A DNA stretch of 64,000 bases from Thalia democratica (Eukaryota). A program made the translations under genes and the position numbers. The stretch covers positions 69,998,001 to 70,062,000 of the forward strand of contig OZ241830.1 in assembly GCA_965202585.1 (NCBI GenBank). Reading direction: 5' to 3'. Positions 1-11,800 of the stretch are shown here, one piece after another (the first letter of the stretch is position 1; each line of letters opens with the position of its first letter). The notes beneath the pieces were generated by a model. The model saw nothing but the letters and a program-made list of their open reading frames with translations, was not told where the DNA came from and made no database searches.

Positions 1-1587
1 AGCGATACTTGTGTGTTAACAGCAAACTACCTAAAAATCAAGTTTTTATTTGAAACACATTTGAAACCACACGATATAAAAGATTGATTGCAAGATATTT
101 GGCATGCAAAATGTAGTCAATATATCTGCGTACTTCGTGTTATTTGGTAGTGTACAAAAAACGAAGTGTTTGATGCTTTATTTTAAATAAAGAAAAAAAA
201 TATGTTTCAAATTAAATATTAAAAATACAATGAAAAGACATTAAAAGCATTTCTGTTGGCAGTATGTTTTAATAAGTTTCGAAAATAAAAATTTAATATA
301 CAACTCCACATGTTTAGAATGACAAATAATTTTAGAAGCATTTTTTTTGTGTCAATTGTTAAAATGCGTTTGTTTCTGAAACTTAATCCTTCTGTTAAGA
401 TATTCAAAATACTTCTTAACAGAGACAACTAGAGTTTTAATCATGATTTTTTTCAACGGCTCATAAAAACATGATAAATTATTTTTACAGCTCTTGAAAT
501 TTAGCTTTAAAAGTATAGTTGCTAAAATTAATAGATTTAACTAATCCTTTTAGGAGCAATAAACTTAATTTTTATTTACTTAAAAGCCGTTAATGTTTTA
601 TTACAGCAACAAATTGTAAATCAAACAAAAAACTCTTTATGCTCGTCAAAGATAAGTTGTCTTTAAATTATCTAAAATTCAAATTAATCTAACGAGTGCT
701 ACTTTACGACACTTTCATAGCTGTTGAATGACAGAAACATATGCATTAACATGTAAGCTAGTTAATTAGAGTCAGAAAAAAAGCTTTCTAAGTTCCTGAT
801 TTTTACGTCTTGAACTAATTGAAACATATGTAGCTATAAGATTGTAATTTTTTATGCGCAATAAAGATAATGGAAGGAAACCAAACATATTTTTAATTTG
901 TCAGCAGGTTTTATCTAATCTCTTTTGTATTTGCTTCTCGTTGTTTTATTCCATGAGAAAGCTACGAACCTCGAAAGCTTCCTTCTAAATTTGTTATACA
1001 TATTACGTAACAAAAATTTACTTTAAAAGTTTTCTAGTTCTTTAAAGATAAAAAGTATCTGATTCCGGTACAACTCAGTTGAAATATTTTAATGTTCAAT
1101 TATGTATTATTATTTTTTTTTTAAACTTTTAATTGACCAAGTCGTCATAATCACGAACTTTTACCGATTAGTTTTTGTTATACTTGTTTAGAAGAAAGTA
1201 TTAAAAATATTTAACTTGCAGTGTTTAAAATGCAATGTACTAATCCAATAGTTGTATAAATAAAGTTGTAAAGTTTCTTATCGCTTATTTTGATTGAAAA
1301 ATTTCAATTTTTATGTCCTCTTTATTTCATGGCGCCGGTCACAAGTTTTCTACAAAACGGATGCCCCTTACAAGCACAAGAAAAAAGGAGTAAGATGTTT
1401 TACATTTTAAGGGTTCTTTTCAGGATTTTAAAGTTTAAAGTGATAAAAGCGATGATAACTTCAAACAAAATTGTTTGCTTAGAAATGTATGTGTTTGTGT
1501 TGTGTCATAATTTTGTTTACTACTTTGTACTTGTTTTGTTATTAATCTTTAAAGTTTTTACAACAATGCTAAGTTTTTCTTTATAAA

Positions 1588-1770
1588 CGGTACCGATTGG
1601 TTGCCAGTAGCAACAACTAATAACGAGCTTATGTTGGCAGGAAACCGTCGAAATTTTAAAAATTTCTTAAAGAAATTTCTCCGGTGGCAGATGTGCAAAT
1701 AAATAGTTGCAGCAGAAGCAACGTATCATTATCGTTTTTAGCAGATATTTACCGAATTTGTTTTAAAAGA
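1588..1770. promoter_or_regulatory. Upstream CNE / putative promoter (ATTGG CCAAT box, RFX X-box 1600-1614, CAGATG E-box); paralog 28503-28680
   Basis: More conserved between copies 1 and 2 than its flanks; GTTGCC-AGT-AGCAAC fits the X-box consensus. Confidence 0.6.
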
Positions 1771-2607
1771 CATGGGTTCAATTGTCAGTTTTAGTAATAG
1801 AATAGAAACATAAAAAAATGCGTATTTTATTATTTCATCGTTTATGTTACGCTACAGTGTTGCGTTTTATAGTATTTTACTAGTTAAGTTATGAATAATG
1901 TTTCAGTAAAGACTTATGTAGTAAAACGGTTAGACAAAGAAGAAAAAAACGTGTTTAGTTTACTAAACTTGTGACTACTAGTTTATTTTTTACTTACTAG
2001 AAGATTAATAATATTCAGACTAATCATAGAAAAACTAGTGAAACTTTCAATAAAGTTTTACTAGTATAAAGTTTTTTACTAGTATATTTGTTTAAACGAT
2101 AACAAAACTCAAAACATTAACTGTATATCATTTTATTAATACAATTAAAGTATCTTCTGTAAATTAAAATTAATCCTTTGTTTTCTTTTATAAATTTAGT
2201 TTGCTTAAAAGTAGTATATTTAATGAAAAGCGATTAAGTAGCTGAACTAAGGTGTGTAAAAGTTATTGAAATTTGTTATAAATGTTTTTTGTTATAGAAA
2301 TTTTATCAAGATAGCTGAAAGTTTAACATTTTTTTTAGTTCTAAGAATAAACTGCTTAAGTTATGTACTGTTAAATAAACAAAACTTGTAAATCATTATA
2401 AGACAACAACTTTTTTTTCTCGTACTTGTCTCGTTTTGAAGATAAAGAGTAAAAAGTTTCAAAATGAAAAACTAGTTAATTTACTTGTGAATGGCAAAGT
2501 AGTCTGTAAACTTAACTACGTTTTTTTTAGCTTATAGTAAACTTATCTTAAAATTCGTTGAAAATTGACAAAGTTTAAAGTTGTGCAACATAAAATCGGG
2601 ACATGAG

Positions 2608-2896
2608 ATGAAAACGTCTCAGCAGGACGTCCAATGTACAGGAATTCTTCCACCATGTCAGAGACCACCAGAAAGTCAGGACACTTTTGATTGGAATAAT
2701 TTTGACGACTACTCGGTGGGCAGCAGCTCCCTGGGCTACTTTTCAAATGAGTACCAAGAAAGGGGAAGTACCAGAAGCGAGCTGAGCTTTCACTCGAACT
2801 GGGAACTAGTTTCAAGCCAGGGGATGACCCCAATGTCGAGCCGGTCAAGTCAGATTGTGATGAATGGAGATCTTCAAAATACCGACAAGCAAAAAA
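2608..2896 (+). CDS. Isl: Islet copy 1 exon 1 (Ser-rich N-terminal extension)
   Basis: ATG at 2608 is conserved in all 3 copies (29548, 54637) and the homologous ORF is open in all. Phase-1 donor A|GTAATA is weak. Confidence 0.7.
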
Positions 2897-5800
2897 GTAA
2901 TAGAAATAAGATATTTTCTCTATAAAGTCTTTTTTTTTAATTTTTAATATTAAACAAATTTTAAAATAACTCAGTTGGACATAACTATTGTTTACATGTT
3001 AGTTAATGCGTTACTTTGATGTGTTTAGGTATGAACATTATTTTTCTAAGGTTGATTAATTTTTAATACTTCAGTTGAATGCAGAAGCTGTCTAGATATG
3101 AATCTGAGAGATTAACAATCATTTAATAAAATGATATTAATAGTTTTTGCTAGTAACTTGGCTAATTAATTATTTTTAATTTGGTTTAATATATTAAAAT
3201 GTATAATTACTTATATTATAAAATTTAGAAAATTAAATATAAGAATACAAAGAAACTAAACTGTTAGTTTTGTCATTTCATTACGAGTAAGACACATCTA
3301 ATAAGTAAAAATTTACAATAAATTACCAAGGTTGGTGCTCATATTTATATTTTTATAGTTTTTAGTTTATTTAAAATTAAACAATCTAAAATCTTTAGGT
3401 CTTGTTACCAGAACTTGTATGGGTTGTGGTCACCTGATCCATGGTTCCTACATCAGCACCTTACAGGGGGTCGAGTGGCATTCAAAATGTCTCAAGTGCG
3501 CCGCATGTGGTCGCAACCTGGCTGATATGAGAACCTGCTTCATCAGGGACAACAAACCTTACTGCAAAAACGACTATTTACAGTTTGTTTGTTTTAAACA
3601 GTCTTATATATAAAAATATAACGTATATAGTAATAGTATTACAATAAAAGTAATTAAAATTTTCTAAGAAATTAATTCGTAAATAAAATTTGTAGTTAAG
3701 TCTGTTGTAATAGAATTTATAAACTTAATCGAAAACATTTTTCTTAATTCAACATTTATGCATTTAAAATAAAATATAAAGTTACATTTAAAAAATAATA
3801 TATAAGATCATGTCTAATAAACTTAATTTAATGATAGTGATAAATTTGATAAAAAACGCAATTTTAAAAGATTAAAAATTACGTATAACCGGTTGAAATA
3901 AATTCGGCAGAAATACAAGTATGAACTTTTAATTCTGACACTGTTGATAGAAAATACCTTTTAAGTTTAGTTTGTAAATTTTTTGTTTGCAAAAAATAAA
4001 AAAATATTTAAATTTTTCCATTTGTAAAGTTGATTTCGCTTGTTGACCTAATAAACTGTCGGTTCGATTAACTCACATGTCAGATAAATAATTAAACGAT
4101 CGGATAACACCACATTGTTTTGTACATCTTTTGACTCAGTTAAAGTGGTCGTTAAAACCAAAAATAATAAAAACACTGTTTTTTACTAATAAATTAATTT
4201 AAATTAATTTAAAAAATTCTAAAACAACAAGTGTCAAAAAATAAATTTTAAAATTTTAAAACGTGTCTTAAAGTAAATTAAACTAAATTAAAAATTACAA
4301 TAAAAAGAAAACTGTGTTTAAATTTACTAAAAGTTAACTGTAACAAAATTTTGATATTTTAAATATTATAAATTTTTGACTTTTGTTTTGATAAGCACTG
4401 ATATTATTTTTATTTTAAACGTAAACTCTTAACTTAAACATAAAAATTAGGTTGACAAAGTGATTAGGCAAAGCAGGCGGTTAAAATCAATAATTTTATT
4501 TTAGTTTGCCACTAATTAAACTTTCGTTCTTATGCTTAAACACAAGTATATATAACTAACTAAATATAGAACGCAAGAATTATAATTTTTAACTGTGTTA
4601 TCTCAAAAATGTTAATCGAATTACTTTTATACATAAGTATTTTAAAACTTTGTGAAATTTTTATTTTTTCAAGCTTTTGTAAATAATTTTTGCATGTTAA
4701 ATATTAAGAAAAAAAGTTTTAAATATAAGCAGTGTATCTTTATTCATTTATTATACTTTGCAATATATATAACACTAAAAAGATTAAAGAAATGGTTGGT
4801 TTTTTAATTAAACACGTTTTGAGTACTTTGAATTTAATAGCACATAATCATCAACAAGTAAAAATATTTTAAGGGAAAATGATTATGTAGCATCATTATT
4901 GGGCTCATAATTTTTTTTTCGGTATAAAGCAACTCAAAAGCGCATTATAAAACATATTGAAGGACTTACTAATGTTTTATTTATTCAGTTATGGAAAATA
5001 ATCAATTTTGTTTTTGATTACTAACATATCGTATCATCACTTAGATAAAAAGATATTTATAATACTTGAAAGTAAGTTGTCATTTGAACTGATACAAATT
5101 AAAAGTTTCCTTTGCATATTGTAAAGCTGCAAGCTTAACTATTTCACTGTAAAGTTTATGACGTCATAACCAACACCGAAGGCTACTTAGCAGAGAAAAG
5201 TGCTCACTTAACTAATATTTGACAAATTCATTTTCTTTTAGAAACAGTTTGATTTATGCTGCTTGAGATCCTGCCATATTGCCAATTAGTATGTGTGAAG
5301 ATAGTTATGTGACAATCGATGGTGATTGCTTATAAGCTGTTGCTAGTTTGTCGTTTGCAGTTATCGCTCTTAATATAAAGCCAAAATATCGTTAAACACA
5401 CCTTTAATTAATTATAAAAAAGTGTAGCAGTCAAATGGAAACTTATAAAAACATAGTTCAAAACTGTGAAAATATGGAAAAATATTTTTATTATTAGTCA
5501 AACAACCATAAACACCATTTTACAAAATTACGTTACTTAAGTTTTGTGATAGTATTTCTGTGATAATTTAGGTATAATTTAATTAAAGGGAAACTTTAAA
5601 CCAAAAACCGTATTCAAGCTAATTAAAAAAAAAAGTTAAAAAGCATAAAACTTTTAGTTTTGATTTTTTAGGACATCAAAAATACTTATAAAATACGTTT
5701 AGTAATGTTTCATAACTAATTAAAGCCTCTAAAACAATCAATAAACGGTTTTTTATTTGCAACTCAGCTGACTCCCGTCGGAAATTCAAATGACGTCACT

Positions 5801-8800
5801 CCAAAATGACGTCATGTCTGCTAAAGGTCGTAAGTTCAAGTTTACGAAGATTTCCTATATGCTAGCTTTGTGATGGCGTAATCAATACATAAATATCTAC
5901 AAGCGAGAAAAACTCGATACTTTTTATAAGTTAAAAATAGTAGAGTAGTGATTTTTGGAAGTTAACTGATAAGAAGTTTTTTATTAGTTTTCATGCTTTT
6001 TAATACATCAAAAAACAAACCAGAACTATTACACTAACACAACAAGCTCGAACTACATTAAAAATTTGAAAAACTTTTTAAGGATTTGCTCAAAATTTTT
6101 ATATTCAGTTATACCTCTAAAAATTCGAAAATAAATAGGTAGAAGCCGCGAAGTAACAGGATTGTAATAACATAAAATACAAGAAATTGTGGTTTTTGTC
6201 CGCTTGAACCGAGACAGTCGACATATGTTATCGACTGCAAATAACTCTGCTTACTTATCACTGATTTTACATCTCTTTTTTTTTATTCGCAGTTAACGGA
6301 ATATCAATTTTTTCACACTACAACTTTTACAAAGCTTCGAAAAATCAGGTAGAAAAATGCGCATGTTGCAAAACAAAAGGTTTTTTTTATCTGATCTCTA
6401 ATTACTCATGAACTTACTTATTTAAAGAATCAAACCATGGCCCAAAAAAATAGCTTTGATTATAAAGGGTTCGTTTTCATATGTAAGATTAATGGAGATT
6501 TGATTAATTATTAAATAACTTCCTTATAAAAAGCTTGAAGATAAATCTTGTTATTACGTCATAATAGTGTGGAGGTCAGCTTCCACGTTGTAATGCGGAT
6601 AACGTCACATCAGTAAGATTGATTTCTTTCACATGCGGACTGCGACACTTGTGCCTTCAAATACAAGCATAACGACACAACGAACTATACAAAGTGACAA
6701 AACTTCACGGGTGTAGTAAAAATGTCGCCATTTGATGCAGCAAGGAAATCCTACGGGAGCTCATTGTCAGGAAGCTTTGAGCAGCGCATAATAGCGTATT
6801 GTTACGTCATAATAGAATATTAAAGCCTTGTATTTATTTCACTTGACTGGTTAACATTAGTTTTTCTGAGAGTGTTAATAATGAAGTTTTAATAACAAAA
6901 AAATATGGAACATTTAGCGCCCAATTGTAAAAACATTTAACAGCAAAAATTTGGAAAAACACAATTAACCTAAATTTACACTTCAAAATTAAAATTACTT
7001 AAAAAAAAAATTTAATATAAAAGTTATCAACTTGCTGAAAATTTGTAGGTTTGTTTTTAAATTACTTGTTACTAACAGCATTAAGACCTAAACTTTTTGA
7101 TAGATTCTCAAGTTAATATGACACCAATCATGTCTATCAAATAACGCTTATTACTGTATTAACTGAACTGTAGAACGTCGTTTATTTATAAAAGAAAAAC
7201 ATAAATTTTATGGACCTTCCAATATTTATTTATTTTATGTACAAAAAATTGTATATTTTTATATTGTGTCTATAAAACAGCAATTTTAATATCAGTTTAC
7301 GAAACGCTTTAGCTTTTATACTTGCAATTAGAGCTTTTTAAAAGCAATTTTATAGCTATTTTTATTTGTGTTTTTATTGAAAAATTCCAAAATATATTTT
7401 TCAAGAGTTACTAGCTGCATGATCAATATTTACAACTAAATTTAAAATTAATCATTTATTTTTACTTTTCAGCTTGTTTGCGCCAAAATGTGCAAAGTGC
7501 AAACTTGGACTGGTCAAGGGAGACCTGATGATGTCAGTCAGAAATAAAAAGTACCACGTTCGGTGTTTTAGGCTAGTACTAACAATTAAAAATTATCTTA
7601 ATATATTGTTTGTAACCCACAAAACAGTCAAAACTTCCGTAATGTGTACATTATTATAAAAAAATTGACCAAAATCAAAATGATTTCAAAACAAAGTTTT
7701 TTGAAACTGATTCTTGTTTTATGTTAAACCTAGTATATATAATTACTATTCTTGGAGTTTAGCATTTATGAAACTTCATTGACAGTAATTAATAAAAGTT
7801 TTTTACTATCAAACAGATGTTACGCCTGTCACAATCAACTGATACCAGGAGATTCATTCGTGTGTAACGAAGATGGAAGCATCTACTGCATAAAAGATTG
7901 TGAAAGAATTTTCAACAAAATAATAGATGACAACAGTATTATTGGTAAGCAATCTTTAATTTATATACATAAGTTATACTGTTTATTTGAATAAATATTT
8001 AAACTCTGCGTGAGATTTGTAATATGTTTTATGTATATAAACATAGTTATTAACGTTTTTAATGTTTTGTGAATTAAAGTTAATATAAGTAGCTATTATT
8101 ACATTTTTAAGAATTTATCCTCTGCAAAGAACACAGTTGAATAACTTAGAATTACTTAAAGAAATTTTAAGAGTTTTTATATATTTTCAACAATCAATCT
8201 AAGTTTAAATATTTATTGATTTTAGGAACATGCTACGAAAATACTTTAAGCCATAAAGTAAGGGTTTATGCAACTTTAACATCAAATTTACCGTTTTAAC
8301 CTCTCGTTTACCTCTAATGCATGAGATATTAGAAACTGAAACATAAATCATTCATGCGTATAAAATCCCCACAACTACCAGCTACTGTGCGATAATTGGA
8401 TAATCCGTGTTACTTAACCTCGCACAAACAACCTTTACACTTTATAATCTCATCAATTTTTCCGTAAAATGTTGAAAGAATTACGCTTTTAATATCCATT
8501 TGATAGTTGAAACACATTAGTATTAAGAATTTTTGGCTTATCATGTTTTACTTTTTGCTGTTTAATATCCGTTTTAACTTGCGATTATTCATTATTAAGT
8601 CTTGGCTGTATTGATACCGTTGCTTTGCTTATTAAAGGTTCGCATTATTTTTGTTAATCATGATATTTGCAAAAATTTAATATAAATAGCTTAAAGTTTA
8701 AAAAAAATATTCTCGAAGTTTGGTAAACAAAGCTACAAAGTTGTTATTTCATTTTGAACTTGTAAAGATGAAACTTAAATCAATAATTTAGGTACGTTTA

Positions 8801-11800
8801 AAATTAATTGAAGCATTTATAATTTTTTTTATTCTTTTAGTTGTATTGGTTGTTTTATTTTGATAATTTTCGAATAAAATTTTTTTTATTTTATTTAGAT
8901 AAAGTTTAAAACTTTAATTTGTTTTAATACCTAGAATCTAAGGATTGATGATTATGCAACTCACATAAGTGTGACCAAATAAAAGCTGTTCTCAGCTGAC
9001 AGCTTATTTTTAAATGTTCATTACAAAAACTGAGTGTTAAATGAAGTGACTTCAGCTGTCATTCTTTAAAGTCATCTTAAGTTCCTTAGTAAGTCTTTCT
9101 AGTGAAGCCGTAATTAAAATATTAAAACGACGATAAAGTCACCTGCTAAGGCAGAAGGTTTGCAGAAAAGTTATTTAACCTGGTAAACCGCTGCAATTAA
9201 TAAAATGGGCATTATCGGAACATAAGATCAACTTAAACTTACTTATACAGACGGTTGAATATTTTGCTTTGTGCTAGTGAAAAAATATCTATCCTTAGTT
9301 TCTAATAGTTTTTTTTACAAAAATATCTTTTTTAACCATTACAGAGTATTTAAGAATACAAAAAAAAAGTTTTTAGTTTTGTTCAAGCATATGTAAAAAT
9401 ATATTTTAAGTTTTATTTTGACCATAACATGCTTTAATCGTCAGACGCCATTTTCTACGTGAATAAAGTTGAGCTAATATGCACCGGTTCTTTTGTTTTT
9501 TTAAAGTATACTTTTTTTTAGTTATTAGACATCCATATTTAAAATAACAGATTTATAGTGCTTTTACAGCAGAGAGATAGTTTTAACATGTTCTTTCTTG
9601 TTTTAACAAAACAACTTGTTTTATAAATTAACCTACAGATAAAATCATAAAAGCTTACCTCAAGTTAAAGTCTTTTGGGCTGTTTCATAGTTACCTAAAC
9701 TCTAATAAACTGAAAATTTACAGATGCCTTCCCGGGCCAAATAATGTCAGGACAGAACATCAACTCAGATCACTCAGATTGCACTAACAGGGGAGAAGAC
9801 ATCGGCAAGGAATCAGCACACTCAGCAAGATCGAACAAGAACAAGGGGAAGACGACGAGACAGAGGACGGTGCTGAACGAGAAGCAGCTGACGGTGCTGC
9901 ACACCTTCTACGAGAACAACTGCAGACCCGACGCCATCATGAAGGAGCAGCTGACCACGATGACGGGACTTCCTCAAAGAGTCATCAGGGTGTGGTTCCA
10001 GAACAAGCGGTGCAAGGACAAGAAGATCGCTATGAAGCAGCAGCAGGAGCAGAAGGTTAGAAACGGCGAAGGAGGAGATCAGCAAAATTGCGGGCTACAA
10101 AAGCAGCAGGTTGGTTTGATGGTTATTAAGATGACAGGTAATAAGGAAAGTTTTCCATAACTATGAAATATATTGTATTTAAGATTTATACAATTACAGT
10201 AACCTCTCGCTTATTTACGCACATTGTGTCCACAGAAAAAGTGCGTAAATATATGGGAGATCGTAAAGATACGAGATGTACCAAATATACATACTATAAT
10301 GGCTGTTTTTTGATATTGCTTCTAGTTAAAAGCAGACTTTCCCACTTTTATCAGTTTATTTACTTTATTTACAAATATAAAAAGAAAAGATAAAACTATA
10401 CATAGATTAAGAAAATAGAATTTATATTTATATAAAGTTATAATACTAGTAGAAAAAATTTACTAATTTTAATAATAAGTAGCTTTAGTCTTTATCCTTA
10501 TTTGTATGTGACTTATTTGATACTTAACATTTATATTCTATTCTATGTACTTAGCAAAATAAATTTATAATTAAGCATTTGTTTACAAGTTAAAAATGAT
10601 TTTTTTTGCTAGCAAGTTTCATTAGATTACTTTTTAGATGTTTATTCATATATAGGGCAAGAGTGCTGTATTATTTGTTTGTGTTTTAAACTCTCATTAT
10701 TTCATTATACTTTCATTATTTAAAATAGACATATATCTTTCAGAGTTTTAAATTAATATCGTATTGTTAATAAAAGTTCTGATATATTGAGGTATAACTA
10801 AATATTTATCAATAAGTCTAGGAACATAAGTTTACAAAGTCTAAAGATATAAAGAGGTGAATTAGCATTTAAAAACATATTTTAAATTAATAAAGTATAC
10901 AATAAACGTAATTTGTGAAATATTTAAAAAAATTTTAAATCTTTTCGAATTCTAAAGTGCGTAACGTCACGAATGCGTAAAGATGCGAGAGGTTACTGTA
11001 GTGTACAAAACTATGAAGGTTTGTAATGTATAAAAAGTCATGATGATATAAATGATTAAAAAATAAAAATCAATTAAATAAGGCTGCAACTTAATTTCCT
11101 TCTGCCTATCAGCCTATATTTTCTCTGACATTTCATTCTACTTTTTACATATAATTCTAAACTATAAAAAGTTCTTAACAGTTGTCTTTAAAAAAGTTCT
11201 TACTTGAAAAGGAAACAGAGCAAAGGAAGTAGCTCATTTATTTCAAACGTTTCGAGTATGGAAAAACTGGCTTAAAAATAAATATGTTACATTACAAAGG
11301 TCAGAGAAACAAACTTTCTCTTTTTTTTACACTGCAGGTTAAGCAAACATTTCAACTGAACGTGCTTAAGTTTTGATGAAAGCATCAATCAGTGTGTAAC
11401 ATCTGAAACGCTGACTTTATTCTTTTAAATGACAAGCCACGCTTGACCTTTCATCTTCATACACCTTTCTTGCACGATTTTGACTGGTTTAAACTGAAAG
11501 TTTTTATCATTAAATTTAATCAACAAACAGCAAACAAAATCTAACTTTTCAAACACAAGCAAAAACAAGTGATTAATAATTAATTTGGTTTCATCACACG
11601 CGATCTGCTCACACAATTAATTTTTGCAAAAGTTTTATGACTGTTATCTAACAGAAATGAATGCAGCAAATTTGTAAAAGGTATTTAAAAACGTTAAAAA
11701 CTTTAGTAGTATTCATCATAAGTACTCGTAACCATAAGTAGTACACAGTGTATAAAGCGAAACAAAGCGTGGTATTCGTCTCATACTTAAGGAGCTTCTC

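Noticed and set aside
2543-2848. 101-aa antisense ORF over exon 1
   Set aside because: Shadow of the sense exon; not called as an ORF in the other copies.
9822-10085. Antisense ORF over the homeobox (also 37070-37288)
   Set aside because: By-product of very high GC3 on the sense strand, which removes antisense stops; low-complexity Leu-rich translation.
10163-10393. 76-aa ORF in intron 5
   Set aside because: Overlaps the left end of the MITE; AT-rich chance ORF.
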